A stretch of 64,000 bases of DNA from Methanomethylovorans hollandica DSM 15978. Its GTDB lineage: Archaea > Halobacteriota > Methanosarcinia > Methanosarcinales > Methanosarcinaceae. Positions 30,789-41,437 of this stretch are shown here, in pieces. Position 1 is the stretch's first letter. Every line of letters starts with the position of its first letter. A program made the position numbers and the translations under genes. The notes beneath the pieces were generated by a model, which saw only the letters and a program-made list of their open reading frames with translations, had not been told where the DNA came from and did not search any database. The stretch covers positions 806,001 to 870,000 of the forward strand of contig NC_019977.1 of NCBI RefSeq assembly GCF_000328665.1, in the 5' to 3' direction.

Positions 30789-31709
30789 TCACTTGTTGAT
30801 CCTTAGTTTGGAAACTGCTTCTTTTACAAGGTCTTTGCCGCCCATAGCTACTATCTCCTTGCCAAGTCTTAAGGCATGGTTGCGATAATCTTCAAGAGGA
30901 ATAACCTCTTCGATACGCACCTGCCGGGTCCCATCAAGGGAAAGGACTTCTGCAAGTACTTTTACCTCATCATTGTTAATGAACTGTGCAAAGGAGCCTA
31001 TAGGAGCTGTGCATCCACCTTCTACGTCTTTTATCACTATGCGTTCTATTTCCGTGGCGATACGGGTCTGAGTGTGATTAAGTTGAGCGGTCACAGTTTC
31101 TGCTTCCGAACCAGCAGGTGTCACAACAGCTATGGTTCCCTGGTTGGCAGATGGGCAAAATTTATCTGTATCCAGGCGCTCGACGTCAAGCTCCCATTTC
31201 ATACGCTGTAACCCCGCTTCTGCAAGCAGGATCCCATCGTAATGTCCATCCTCAAGTTTCTTCATGCGGGTGTTGATATTACCCCTAAGGTCTTTTATGT
31301 GCAGATCTGACCTGTATCTTAAAAGCTGAGCTCTTCGGCGCATGGAAGTGGTGCCGATCACCGCACCTTTTGGCAGATCATCCAGCTTTGCTCCATCCCT
31401 TGTCATCAGCACATCACTTGGGGAATCCCTCTCAAGGACAGCAGAAGTTGTAAGTTCTTTTGGTCTGACAGTTGGCAGATCTTTCATGGAATGCACCGCA
31501 ATCTCTATGAATCCTTCCACCATCCGGTCGTCAAGTTCACGCACAAAGGCGCCAACACCTGCTACTTCATGCAATGGCCGGTCTGTGAATCTGTCGCCTG
31601 TAGTCTTTATGATCTTACGGCTTGTTTCAATACCTCTGTCTGCCAGCATCCTGGCAACGATATCCGCCTGTGCAAGAGCAAGGGCACTGCCTCGTGTTCC
31701 TATTCTCAT
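30789..31709 (-). CDS. hemC: Hydroxymethylbilane synthase
   Basis: IGTRGSALALAQ, AVHSMKDLP, LRGNINTR, GGCTAPIG. Confidence 0.96.
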   Translation of the reverse strand: MRIGTRGSALALAQADIVARMLADRGIETSRKIIKTTGDRFTDRPLHEVAGVGAFVRELDDRMVEGFIEIAVHSMKDLPTVRPKELTTSAVLERDSPSDVLMTRDGAKLDDLPKGAVIGTTSMRRRAQLLRYRSDLHIKDLRGNINTRMKKLEDGHYDGILLAEAGLQRMKWELDVERLDTDKFCPSANQGTIAVVTPAGSEAETVTAQLNHTQTRIATEIERIVIKDVEGGCTAPIGSFAQFINNDEVKVLAEVLSLDGTRQVRIEEVIPLEDYRNHALRLGKEIVAMGGKDLVKEAVSKLRINK

Positions 31710-31721
31710 GTTAGTGCAACC

Positions 31722-32999
31722 TTATTTGAGATTTGCTTGGTATGCAGCCAGCAGCCTTTCCAGGTCCTCTTCCGAATGTGCAGTGCAGAGGAAATTCGTT
31801 TCGAACTGTGATGGAGGCAGGAATATGCTGCTTTCCAGCATCCTGAAGAAGAATTTCAGATAACCTTCCTTGTCACATCTAAGGACTTCCTGATAGTTGC
31901 GGGGTCTGTCCCCAAAGAACACCTTGAACATCGAGGATACACCACACACATTGTAGTTAAGGCCGAGGTCCTCAACAATATCGGTGATGCCCGCACGCAG
32001 TTTGTCTCCTGTGGCATTCAGTTTCTTGTGCACGTTCTCTTCTTCCAGTATATCAAGAACAGTAATTCCTGCAGCTACGGATGTGGGGCTGCCGCTGTAT
32101 GTGCCAGCCTGGTATACGCCACCCGATGGGGCTACCATTTCCATGATCTCTCGTTTTCCTCCGAACACCCCTATGGGCATGCCGCCACCTATGATCTTAC
32201 CTAAGGTGGTCATATCCGGAGTGACCCCGTAGTATTCCTGGGCTCCACCCATGGCCATGCGGAATCCTGTGATAACCTCATCAAAAATGAGCACGACATC
32301 ATTCTCTTCTGTGATCTTGCGCACTTCCTGGAGGTAACCCTCATCCGGAAGTATCGGACCAACGTTGCCCATCACAGGCTCCAGTATAAAAGCTGCAATA
32401 TCTTTTCCGTACTTTTCCATGACCTCTATAAGTGCCTCTATATCGTTGAAAGGCACCTGCAATGTATTCCTTGTGAAGTCCTCAGGTACTCCTAGAGAGT
32501 CTGGTTTTCCCAGAGTGGTGGCACCTGAACCGGCCTTAACGAGCACTGCATCATGGGCTCCATGGAAACCGCCTTCTATCTTGATGAACTTGTTCCTGCC
32601 GGTAAAACCACGTGCAACACGCAGTGCGCTCATAGTAGCCTCAGTACCGGTGGAAACGAACCTTACCATATCTATGCTCGGGTATATCCCTGCTATCCTT
32701 TCCGCAAGCTTGATCTCCAGTTCCGTGGGAGTGCCGTACAGCCAGCCCTTATCAAGCTGTTCGATGATAGTCTGCTTTATTTTTGGGTTGGCATGTCCCA
32801 ATATATTTGGCCCGTATGCAAGGCAGAAATCTATGTACCCATTGCCGTCAGCATCGGTTATCTTTGATCCCGAGGCGGATACTGTATAAAATGGGAAGGG
32901 TTTAATGGCCCTGACAGGACTGCTTACTCCACCTGGTATTAGTTTCCGTGCTTTTTCATATAATTTCTCTGATCTTGTCAATTCCACTAACATCACCAT
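31722..32999 (-). CDS. hemL: Glutamate-1-semialdehyde 2,1-aminomutase
   Basis: [46 protein letters not shown]. Confidence 0.96.
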   Translation of the reverse strand: MVMLVELTRSEKLYEKARKLIPGGVSSPVRAIKPFPFYTVSASGSKITDADGNGYIDFCLAYGPNILGHANPKIKQTIIEQLDKGWLYGTPTELEIKLAERIAGIYPSIDMVRFVSTGTEATMSALRVARGFTGRNKFIKIEGGFHGAHDAVLVKAGSGATTLGKPDSLGVPEDFTRNTLQVPFNDIEALIEVMEKYGKDIAAFILEPVMGNVGPILPDEGYLQEVRKITEENDVVLIFDEVITGFRMAMGGAQEYYGVTPDMTTLGKIIGGGMPIGVFGGKREIMEMVAPSGGVYQAGTYSGSPTSVAAGITVLDILEEENVHKKLNATGDKLRAGITDIVEDLGLNYNVCGVSSMFKVFFGDRPRNYQEVLRCDKEGYLKFFFRMLESSIFLPPSQFETNFLCTAHSEEDLERLLAAYQANLK

Positions 33000-33003
33000 T
33001 CTA

Positions 33004-33978
33004 TTATTTTAACATCCTTGCAAGGTCCTTAGCAAAATAGGTTAGTATCATATCTGCTCCTGCTCTTTTGATGGAAAGCAGGGATTCATACATTACCTTA
33101 TTCTCGTCCAGCCAGCCCAAACGTGCAGCAGCTTTCAGCATTGCGAACTCCCCGCTGACATTGTATGCAGCAGTGGGCATCTTGAACTCTGTCTTGATGC
33201 GATAGAGTACGTCGAGATAAGGAAGGGCGGGTTTTACCATAATAACATCAGCCCCTTCCAATATATCCAGTTCTGCTTCTCTCACTGCTTCATCTGAATT
33301 TGCAGGGTCCATCTGGTAACTGGAACGATCTCCAAACGAATAACCGGAATCAGCTGCTTCCCTGAAAGGTCCGTAAAAAGCAGAAGAGTACTTCGCTGCA
33401 TATGACATTATAGGCACATCACTACAGTTACTTTTGTCAAGTGCGTCTCTTATGGCAGTTATCATTCCGTCCATCATTCCGGAAGGAGCTACCATATCTG
33501 CTCCGGCCAGTGCATGGCTTACTGCAGTTCTGCCAAGCAGAGGAAGTGTGGGATCGTTCAATATCTGTTCATGTTCCATATCAACTACGCCACAATGTCC
33601 ATGACTTGTATATTCGCACAGGCACACATCTGTTATAACATACATGTCCTTTCCAAGCTCGTTCTTTATCTCGCGCACTGCCCGCTGTACTACATCATCC
33701 TCGCCCCATGCGCTGCTTCCTTTATCATCTTTTGTGGAAGGTATCCCAAAGAGTATAACGGCGGGAATTCCCAGTTCTGCTGCTTCTTTAGCATCGTCTG
33801 CTGCCATCTCCACGGGAAGCCTGGAGATCCCCGGCATTGAGGACATTGCTAGTGGTGAATCGATATTTTCATCCACGAACATGGGATAGATAAGGTCATC
33901 CACCGAAAGTGAGGTCTCTCGGATCATATCTCTTATCTTGCCGCTTCTTAGCCTTCTCATCCTAACCTGTGGGAACAT
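33004..33978 (-). CDS. hemB: Porphobilinogen synthase
   Basis: [40 protein letters not shown]; start moved to [11 protein letters not shown]. Confidence 0.96.
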   Translation of the reverse strand: MFPQVRMRRLRSGKIRDMIRETSLSVDDLIYPMFVDENIDSPLAMSSMPGISRLPVEMAADDAKEAAELGIPAVILFGIPSTKDDKGSSAWGEDDVVQRAVREIKNELGKDMYVITDVCLCEYTSHGHCGVVDMEHEQILNDPTLPLLGRTAVSHALAGADMVAPSGMMDGMITAIRDALDKSNCSDVPIMSYAAKYSSAFYGPFREAADSGYSFGDRSSYQMDPANSDEAVREAELDILEGADVIMVKPALPYLDVLYRIKTEFKMPTAAYNVSGEFAMLKAAARLGWLDENKVMYESLLSIKRAGADMILTYFAKDLARMLK

Positions 33979-33991
33979 TTGATCACTTCTG

Positions 33992-35263
33992 TTATTTGCA
34001 TTTGTTATTGTTCTTTTCCGGGATCTTATCAATATTGAATAACCTTGAGACCACATCCAGCAGCTCATCATCGCTCATTTCTGCAGCGTTGCGCAGTACT
34101 TTTGTAGGCTCTGCCAAAATTTTATTGACTATTGAATGTGTGAGGTCATCCAGCACTTTGTTCTCTATCTCACCAATGGTGTGATAAGCGCGCAGTTTAG
34201 TAACAGCACGTTCTTTTTCCTGTTTTCTTACATTATACACATTGGCATAAATGGCAGAAACTATATGGTCAGCTTTCTGCTGCTTGTATTGTTTCAGTAG
34301 CAAGCACAGCTCCTCATCAACTATTTTTTCTGCCTTCTTAGCTTCTTCTTTGCGTTGTGCCAGATTCCTTTCGTTTATGATCCTTAGATTATCTATGTTG
34401 TACAGTTTGACATGCTCAATCTCTGCAACACTTGATTCGATATCTCTTGGGTTGGCGATATCGATAAGAAGAAGGTCTCTTTCCCGGCCTTTCATGATCT
34501 CTTCTATCAAAGATATTCTAAGTACATAGTGAGGTGCGGATGTGGCACTGATAACTACATCTGCCTTTCGTACATTTTCGGCCAGGTTCTCAAAATGCAC
34601 TGCATGGCCTCCCATACTATCGGCCAGATCTCTGGCTTTTTCAAAAGTGCGATTTGCTATATATACCAGATCCATTTCTCTATGAGCAAGCGCCCTGGTC
34701 ACCAGAGTTCCCATCTCCCCGGTACCAATAACGAGAATCATTTTTCCTTCCAGGCCTCCAAGTACCATTTCAGCCAGATCGACTGCAGCTGAACCAATAG
34801 ATACTGAACCTCTGTTCACTTCCGTTTCTGTACGGACGCGCTTACCTACCTGTATGGCTTTGCTGAAGGCCGTATCAAGCATTCTTCCGGTAGTGCCTGT
34901 TTTTTTTGCAAGCAGGTACATATCTCTTATCTGCCCAAGGATCTGGTCCTCCCCGACGATCATTGATTCCAGTCCGCAAGCCAGACGTAAGAGGTGTAAG
35001 AGTGACTCATTGTGGTCCAGGAATTCGACCACTTGCAAGGGAAAGGCCATACTTTTTGCAAAATTGAACAACACACTGCTGCCTTTCGGGGAAACCACAT
35101 ATATCTCTATGCGGTTGCAGGTCTTCATCACCACACATTCCTGGACGAACTCATTTGAATAAAGGCTCCTGAGCACTTCTTCAAGGTCACCATTCCATGA
35201 CCTTTCCATTTCTTCTATGCTGGCTTTGGAATGGGTTATCACCATGCTGTTTATCTCAGTCAA
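33992..35263 (-). CDS. hemA: Glutamyl-tRNA reductase
   Basis: [41 protein letters not shown] start at 35263 follows GGAGGT (track start 35332). Confidence 0.94.
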   Translation of the reverse strand: MTEINSMVITHSKASIEEMERSWNGDLEEVLRSLYSNEFVQECVVMKTCNRIEIYVVSPKGSSVLFNFAKSMAFPLQVVEFLDHNESLLHLLRLACGLESMIVGEDQILGQIRDMYLLAKKTGTTGRMLDTAFSKAIQVGKRVRTETEVNRGSVSIGSAAVDLAEMVLGGLEGKMILVIGTGEMGTLVTRALAHREMDLVYIANRTFEKARDLADSMGGHAVHFENLAENVRKADVVISATSAPHYVLRISLIEEIMKGRERDLLLIDIANPRDIESSVAEIEHVKLYNIDNLRIINERNLAQRKEEAKKAEKIVDEELCLLLKQYKQQKADHIVSAIYANVYNVRKQEKERAVTKLRAYHTIGEIENKVLDDLTHSIVNKILAEPTKVLRNAAEMSDDELLDVVSRLFNIDKIPEKNNNKCK

Positions 35264-35328
35264 TGTTACCTCCATCGGTACCAATGGCCGGTTCCATGTC
35301 TGAGAGGTGGGAATGTGGTTCCATGATA

Positions 35329-36000
35329 TCAATCTTTCTTATTGATTTGTTTCTGTACTATAACATATGCTCTTTTATACGCTTTTTCGTATGATTCAGA
35401 GATATCTTTCCAGACCATCGGATCCTCCAGTACTTCCCAAAGGATCGTTTTTCGCATCTTTTGTTCTTTAATATGTTCTTTGAGATAAGTTCGGATGTCA
35501 TTCTGCAGTAATATCATCTGCTCATATTCGGGAGTGATGACCTTTTCGATGTTCTGACGGACATATCTTGAAAAAGCCGGGCTTGAACCAGTGGTAGAAA
35601 TACCAATTACCAGATCTCCTCTATGGATCACAGCTGGTATTGTAATTTCTCCTATGGTATCTACCTGATTTGTCAATATTTTCAGGGATCTTGCGATGGT
35701 TGTGATACGATCGTTTATTTGCCTGTTGCTGGTGGCAGGGATCACAAGAAAAGCATCCTCTATAATCTCTTTGATATCATTATCTGAAAGTGTGCCTGCA
35801 TCCGCTCGTATGAGTGTTGCAAGCTTTTGGTCATGGAGTTCACTTAGTCTGTGAGAGAAATTCCTGCTTATAACAACCGTATTGCCATATTCACTGAACA
35901 ATTCTGCTTTTCTTTCCCCTACGGAGCCCCCGCCAAAGATCACCACTGTTCTGCCGTGCAGGTCAATCATTAGTGGAAGGAATCGTTTATTCTCTGGCAT
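35329..36000 (-). CDS. sirC: Precorrin-2 dehydrogenase (SirC / CysG N-terminal type)
   Basis: FGGGSVGERK, IGISTTGSSP; position in heme operon. Confidence 0.88.
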   Translation of the reverse strand: MPENKRFLPLMIDLHGRTVVIFGGGSVGERKAELFSEYGNTVVISRNFSHRLSELHDQKLATLIRADAGTLSDNDIKEIIEDAFLVIPATSNRQINDRITTIARSLKILTNQVDTIGEITIPAVIHRGDLVIGISTTGSSPAFSRYVRQNIEKVITPEYEQMILLQNDIRTYLKEHIKEQKMRKTILWEVLEDPMVWKDISESYEKAYKRAYVIVQKQINKKD

Positions 36001-36040
36001 GTTATTCTCCTATTTGGTTCTGGAATTTATGATAATGTTA

Positions 36041-36514
36041 CTATAGTCTTATGCCTATTTTCTTGAATTCCTTTTCACTGAACATGACCTTATAGTCATC
36101 TATCCCTGTAAGTTTCGATATCTCTTCTGCAATAGCCAGACATTCATCACGGGAATAGGAATGGACCATTGTGAAAATATTATACGGCCAGCCGGGATGA
36201 CGGGGGCGGGCATAACAGTGTGTCACATCATCTACGGTTGCCATAAGTTTGCCCACATCTTCTACATTCTCATCAGGGACGTTCCAGACACACATTGCAT
36301 TAGCAGTGATGCCGATATCCCGATGTCCTATGGAGGCGCCGAATCTTCTTATAATACCCAGTTCTTTCATCAAAGTTATCTGCTTAACAACTTCTTCTTC
36401 GGTTATGCTAAGCTGTTGTGAAATATCCTGGTAAGGTGATGAAGTGATGGGTATACCTTCCTGTGTCAGGACAAGTATCTGTTTTTGGATCTCTGTCATT
36501 TCCATAAGTATCAC
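36041..36514 (-). CDS. ahbB: Siroheme decarboxylase beta subunit (Lrp/AsnC-like)
   Basis: IRRFGASIGH, VTHCYARP..PGWPYNIFTMVH, EFKK; ends TAG TAA. Confidence 0.88.
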   Translation of the reverse strand: MILMEMTEIQKQILVLTQEGIPITSSPYQDISQQLSITEEEVVKQITLMKELGIIRRFGASIGHRDIGITANAMCVWNVPDENVEDVGKLMATVDDVTHCYARPRHPGWPYNIFTMVHSYSRDECLAIAEEISKLTGIDDYKVMFSEKEFKKIGIRL

Positions 36515-36966
36515 TTTATCTTGAACTTAACTCCTATTTTGAACAGCTGGGTGGTTGGCAGGTCCATCATTGGGCATTGGATCTCCTGCCTCAGTTCCTC
36601 AAGTATTTCCTGCAGGCGCTGGCTGCTGGGTGCGGAGAGTGTGAACCATATATTATAATCCCCCGGGCGCAGATAGTTATGTGATACTTCCGGATAGGAA
36701 TTTATTAGTTCTGCAATACGCTCTATTTTCTCTTCCGGAGCTTTCAACGCAACAAGAGTACCTACACGCCCGGTTTCTTTGCTGTTAATAATAGGTCCTA
36801 TACGTCTTATAGCTCCTTCATCCAAGAGGTGTTGCATGCGCTTGACCACTTCATCCTCGGGGATCCCTGTCTTATCTGCCAGTATCCTGAAAGGATGTGT
36901 ATCAAGTGGAAAATCCAGTTGTACAAGATTCAGGAGTTTCTTATCTGTTTCATCTATCCGGATCAT
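36511..36966 (-). CDS. ahbA: Siroheme decarboxylase alpha subunit
   Basis: LVQLDFPL..HPF, IRRIGP, VSHNYLR...YNIWFT, FKIGVKF; start moved to MIRIDETDKK. Confidence 0.88.
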   Translation of the reverse strand: MIRIDETDKKLLNLVQLDFPLDTHPFRILADKTGIPEDEVVKRMQHLLDEGAIRRIGPIINSKETGRVGTLVALKAPEEKIERIAELINSYPEVSHNYLRPGDYNIWFTLSAPSSQRLQEILEELRQEIQCPMMDLPTTQLFKIGVKFKIK

Positions 36967-38038
36967 GTGAATCCTCGTTTTTAGGTATATATATGCAATA
37001 TGGTTCTTCAGCGAGGTAGTCTCCTGTTGCTGCATAAGCTCTTGCTCTGCATCCGGAGCATACATTTTTGAATTCGCATCTGCCACATTTGCCTTTCAAT
37101 CTGGAAGTGTCTCTCAGGTCTCTGAAGACCCGGGCATCTGTCCAGATATCCCTAAAGGGCTGCTGCCTTATGTTCCCTGCAAGTACCGGCAGGTATCCGC
37201 AGGGGTACACATCACCTGTACTGGAGACAAAGCAAAAACCGGTGCCACCAAGACAACCTTTTGTCATTGCCTCGTATCCGTGCGTTTTGACCGAGACCTC
37301 AATACCCTCTTTCTTGGCACGCTGGCGCATTATTCGGAAATAATGGGGTGCACATGTTGCCTTCAACTGGATAGGTGTTGTTTTTTGCTGGTCATAGAAC
37401 CAGTTAAGGACACGTTCATACTCAACAGGCGGTATCTCTTCATTTTCCAGTTCTTTACCTCGGCCTGTGGGTACAAGCAAAAATATATGTAATGCCTCTG
37501 CACCAATCTCCTCTGCCATTCTTAGGATATGAGGTATTTCATCAACATTCCTTTTTGTAACAGTGGTATTTATCTGGAACTCTATACCTGCTTTTTTAAG
37601 TGCTTCTATGCCTTTCATGGAGCCTTCAAAAGCACCCGGAACACAGCGAAAATCGTCATGGAAATCTGCCGTAGCGCCATCGAGGCTTACACTCACCCTT
37701 TTGATACCTGCTTCAAGAAGCTGTTTTGCAACCTCCTCAGTGACAAGGGTTCCATTTGTGGCAAGCACAACCCTTAGCCCTTTTTCGGTACCGTAATGTG
37801 CTAGTTCGTAGACATCTCTTCTTACAAGAGGTTCACCACCACTAAGGATCAAAATGGGATTGCCCATTTCCACTATCTCGTCTATGAAATGTTTTGCTTC
37901 CTTAGTGTTAAGCTCTCCTTCAGGTATCTGTGAAGTAGAGGCTCCTCTGCAGTGTTTGCAAGAAAGGTTACAGCCCGCGGTAAGTTCCCATGCAATTAAT
38001 CTGGGAGGTTTGAAAGAAGGCTCAATATTTTGTTCCAT
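36950..38038 (-). CDS. ahbD: Radical SAM/SPASM heme b synthase (Fe-coproporphyrin decarboxylase)
   Basis: CNLSCKHC, TCAPHY, GCLGG, PCGY, CGRCEFKNVCSGCRARA; first gene before ahbAB; the paralog AhbC is not excluded without a search. Confidence 0.8.
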   Translation of the reverse strand: MEQNIEPSFKPPRLIAWELTAGCNLSCKHCRGASTSQIPEGELNTKEAKHFIDEIVEMGNPILILSGGEPLVRRDVYELAHYGTEKGLRVVLATNGTLVTEEVAKQLLEAGIKRVSVSLDGATADFHDDFRCVPGAFEGSMKGIEALKKAGIEFQINTTVTKRNVDEIPHILRMAEEIGAEALHIFLLVPTGRGKELENEEIPPVEYERVLNWFYDQQKTTPIQLKATCAPHYFRIMRQRAKKEGIEVSVKTHGYEAMTKGCLGGTGFCFVSSTGDVYPCGYLPVLAGNIRQQPFRDIWTDARVFRDLRDTSRLKGKCGRCEFKNVCSGCRARAYAATGDYLAEEPYCIYIPKNEDSHDPDR

Positions 38039-38258
38039 ATTGATCTCAAAGGTTTTAGTTATTTTTTTGTATTCAAGCTCATAAATTTCAGTGCCTATCT
38101 TTGGCACTTCATATCTTATGACAATCGACTTAAATAGGATGTGTCTATACTCACTAACCCATATTAATAATTAGTTGTGTTACTTAAAGATGCGGACATA
38201 TAATTATGATGTATGGGCATTTGTTTACAGATGATCAGTATGCAATAAAGGTGGTAAT

Positions 38259-38387
38259 ATGGAAGCTTTCGTTATTGCCTTCTTTGTAACCTGGATAGTT
38301 ATACTTTTATATATCCTTCGCATGATTAGGACTTATTACTATTTGCAACGTGAGATAAACATACTTAAGAAAGTGGATGGGAATTGA
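38259..38387 (+). CDS. Small single-TM protein, CcmD-like (42 aa; not in ORF track)
   Basis: Own translation MEAFVIAFFVTWIVILLYILRMIRTYYYLQREINILKKVDGN*; AAGGTGGT RBS; ends 7 nt before ccmE ATG. Confidence 0.65.
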   Translation: MEAFVIAFFVTWIVILLYILRMIRTYYYLQREINILKKVDGN

Positions 38388-38394
38388 GCTAGGT

Positions 38395-38775
38395 ATGGAA
38401 AAACAGCAAAAAACTATTGCAGTAATCCTGTTCGTAGTATTGGTTGCGGTGATCGGTCTGTGGGGGGTTGATTTTTCCCAGAGTTATTTAATGGTATCCG
38501 ATTTGGCAAACGATCCACAGTCTCATATAGGGAATGAGGTCAATACTATGGGCAATATAAAGAACGGGACTTTACAGGTAGTACCGGGAGTAATTACCTT
38601 TTCACTGGTAGATCTGGAGGATCATGTATCTGAGATCCAGGTGCAATATACTGGAGATCTGCCTGCAAGTTTTGTTGAAGGACAGGGTATCAGTCTGAGC
38701 GGGACCATGGTTTCTGCTCAGAAGATAGAAGCTCACCAGATAGTGATGGGTTGTCCATCTAAATATACTGAATAA
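38395..38775 (+). CDS. ccmE: Cytochrome c maturation heme chaperone CcmE (CxxxY type)
   Basis: N-terminal TM, YLMVSDL, VQYTGDLPASFVEG, C-terminal CPSKY. Confidence 0.9.
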   Translation: MEKQQKTIAVILFVVLVAVIGLWGVDFSQSYLMVSDLANDPQSHIGNEVNTMGNIKNGTLQVVPGVITFSLVDLEDHVSEIQVQYTGDLPASFVEGQGISLSGTMVSAQKIEAHQIVMGCPSKYTE

Positions 38776-38785
38776 TGTCATGTAA

Positions 38786-39685
38786 ATGGCAAATCAAGAT
38801 ATTGGAAATGATGTAATTATGACGAGAGTCGAGGATTTTGAGGAGTACAGGCAGATCAATCTAGCACTTGCTGATCTTGTCCAGAAGATGGATGACTCTT
38901 CTCCGATGAAAAAGTTATTAGATCACGTATGCAGTTCGGGTGGCAAAAAAATAAGGCCTCTTATCCTGATGCTCTCCACAGAAGTGTGTGATGGGGAGAA
39001 GAACAAGGCTATAGATGCTGCACTTGCCATAGAGTTGATACACTCAGCTTCTCTGATCCATGATGATCTTCTTGATGGTGGTATTCTAAGAAGGGGAATC
39101 CCTTCGGTACATGAGAAATATGGAATTGCTGCTGCACTTCTTTGTGGTGATTTTCTCATCTCTAAGGCAATAACGCTGATTTCCCCTTATGGGCATGATG
39201 CCGTCCAGGAGTTCGGAAGTGCAGGAATGCACATGGCGGAAGGGGAAACTATTGACATAAGGAGTATGAACGAGGAATTCAGGCTGAAGCACTATTTTGA
39301 TTGCATAAATAAAAAAACAGCTTCCCTGTTTGCGTCCAGTGCGGCTATAGGTGCATATATTGCAGGTTGTAGCAAGGATGATGCTCTGAGATTCCATGCT
39401 TTCGGAGAGAATGTGGGTATAGCATATCAGATCGTAGATGATCTTCTGGAGTTCCTGGAAGAGCTGGAAGACAAAAAGTCCACACAAGAATCAGTTACAT
39501 TACCTCAAATATACAGTCGTGCCCTGGGACGTGAGCAGGCAGTACAACGAACCATTGCTGAGGTGCACAGATATGTGGGGTTTGCCAAAGCTCTGCTGAG
39601 TTCTTTCAAATCATGTGCTGCAAGGGAAAAATTACTGCTTATCACAGATCATATAACTATCGACCTTCTTCCGAGCAGGGTATGA
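38786..39685 (+). CDS. trans-polyprenyl diphosphate synthase, probably geranylfarnesyl (C25) or longer
   Basis: GGKKIRP, first Asp-rich motif SASLIHDDLLD (Ala at -5), RRG, KTASLF, second motif YQIVDDLLE. Confidence 0.85.
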   Translation: MANQDIGNDVIMTRVEDFEEYRQINLALADLVQKMDDSSPMKKLLDHVCSSGGKKIRPLILMLSTEVCDGEKNKAIDAALAIELIHSASLIHDDLLDGGILRRGIPSVHEKYGIAAALLCGDFLISKAITLISPYGHDAVQEFGSAGMHMAEGETIDIRSMNEEFRLKHYFDCINKKTASLFASSAAIGAYIAGCSKDDALRFHAFGENVGIAYQIVDDLLEFLEELEDKKSTQESVTLPQIYSRALGREQAVQRTIAEVHRYVGFAKALLSSFKSCAAREKLLLITDHITIDLLPSRV

Positions 39686-39719
39686 GTTCTTCTATTTATT
39701 TCAATTTCAAGGTGAACGG

Positions 39720-40904
39720 ATGCGAGTATACGATAGATCAGTTATCAAAATAGATGCAGGTATAGATAATGGAAAAGTAGTGCTTGAAAGTGAAGGAGCA
39801 TTAAGTCCTATTGCCAAACCTATCATTAGCAAGATAAATGATATCTTCCGGGAAGAGAAGCCCATATATGTCGATGATGAAAACATTGTTTTTTCAACGT
39901 GGGTACCTCCTGTACCTGGTGAGGTGTTCAACAGGCTCATAAGTGCAGAAATAAGCTCTATACTCAGAAAAAGGGTTCCAGATCAGCTTTCCATTGGGAT
40001 CACCTCAAGATGTCCTAACAATTGCATTCATTGTGGGGCAGCTGATATCATTGCAAAGACAGAGCTTACCGTTGAGCAGATCAACGGTGCAGTTTCACAG
40101 TCTATTGAACTTGGCTCTTACTATATTTCCTTTGATGGAGGCGAGACCATGATGCGCAATGATCTCACTGAAATGGTAAAGGCGGTTGACAAGAGCAAAG
40201 CAATTGCTGCCTGTTTTACTTCCGGGTTCAGGCTCACCGAAGAAAGGGCGAAGGATCTGAAGGCTGCAGGTCTTTATGCAACGCATATAAGTATTGATAG
40301 TCCCCGGGAAGAGGAACATGACCGGGTCAGAGGGCGTGAGGGGGCTTTCAAGGACAGTTTGCAGGGGATCAAAAGTACTTTGGAGGCAGGCATATTAGCT
40401 GACATGTTCGTAGTTGTTTCACCTCACAACATCGATGATCTTGAGGACTTCTACGGGCTTGCCGAAAACTTAGGTATGCATGAATTATCCATCTATGAGA
40501 TCGTTGCAGTTGGGCGTTGGCTGGAACATGAGGATGAGGTAATTTCGGATTCAGATGTGAAGATGCTGGGCCGATTCCAAAAAGAAAAGAACAGGAAATC
40601 AGAAGGTCCCAGGGTAACAGCTCTTCCGTATTTCATGGGTCCTGACCAGTTCGGTTGTTTCGCCGGCAGAAGATGGATGCATGTCACACCCGCTGGAGAT
40701 GTTCTTCCTTGTGCTTATACTCCACTTTCTTTTGGAAATTTAGTTGAGGAAGAATTAAATGTAATCTGGAAGCGCATGGGGCAACATGATGCATACAGAA
40801 AGAATGCAGATTTTTGCAGGATGCGGGACCAGAGATTCAGGCAAAAATACATTCATGTTATTCCCAAAGAAGCTGCTTTGCCATTAAGGCTTGACAGACT
40901 TTAA
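39720..40904 (+). CDS. Radical SAM/SPASM-domain protein of unknown function
   Basis: CPNNCIHC, FDGGE, SIDS, CFAGRRWMHVTPAGDVLPC. Confidence 0.88.
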   Translation: MRVYDRSVIKIDAGIDNGKVVLESEGALSPIAKPIISKINDIFREEKPIYVDDENIVFSTWVPPVPGEVFNRLISAEISSILRKRVPDQLSIGITSRCPNNCIHCGAADIIAKTELTVEQINGAVSQSIELGSYYISFDGGETMMRNDLTEMVKAVDKSKAIAACFTSGFRLTEERAKDLKAAGLYATHISIDSPREEEHDRVRGREGAFKDSLQGIKSTLEAGILADMFVVVSPHNIDDLEDFYGLAENLGMHELSIYEIVAVGRWLEHEDEVISDSDVKMLGRFQKEKNRKSEGPRVTALPYFMGPDQFGCFAGRRWMHVTPAGDVLPCAYTPLSFGNLVEEELNVIWKRMGQHDAYRKNADFCRMRDQRFRQKYIHVIPKEAALPLRLDRL

Positions 40905-41018
40905 CAGAGAATATGTATTTCTATTTCGTGGAATGATCAAGTTGATAACGTTTTGCTCTTTATATGGTGTAAAATTTATACTTGCTCTCATATAATAATC
41001 AAGTTTGGTAGGGTTCAT

Positions 41019-41037
41019 GAAACCGAATACTTTATAT
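41019..41037 (+). promoter_or_regulatory. Putative BRE/TATA promoter of ATP synthase operon
   Basis: GAAACCGAATAC-TTTATAT about 75 nt upstream of the subunit H start. Confidence 0.5.
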
Positions 41038-41110
41038 TCAAGGTTACAATTACAGTTGGTATCTTATCACATCAAGCGAATTATTAATCACCTTTGCATG
41101 AGGATTATGC

Positions 41111-41437
41111 ATGGCCAAAGATAAAATCTTATCAGAAATCAAACAAGCAGAAACCAATGCGCGGATTATGGTGGACAACGCCGCCAAGGAAAAGAACGAT
41201 CGCATTTCCAAAGCCCGCGTAGAGGCCAGAGAGATTATAAAACAGGCTGAGGTGGATGCTCATAAATCGTCTCAGAGCACTCTCCGGTCTGCAGAACATG
41301 AGCTTGCTTCCCAAAAGCAAAAAATTATTGAAGAGGGTATAAAGGAAGCAGACATTGTTGCTAAGAATGCAAAGGCAAAAGTCGATCAGGCAGCAGAGAA
41401 CCTTATTAGTGAGTTTGAGAGGGCGATCCATGCTTAA
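41111..41437 (+). CDS. ahaH: A1AO ATP synthase subunit H
   Basis: Helical charged 108 aa, ILSEIKQAE; first gene of the operon. Confidence 0.88.
   Translation: MAKDKILSEIKQAETNARIMVDNAAKEKNDRISKARVEAREIIKQAEVDAHKSSQSTLRSAEHELASQKQKIIEEGIKEADIVAKNAKAKVDQAAENLISEFERAIHA

Noticed and set aside
35264..35332. N-terminal extension of HemA in the ORF track, with GGTTCCATG repeated twice
   Set aside because: A TTG start with a strong GGAGGT RBS at 35263 explains the gene; the 9-nt repeat alone is weak
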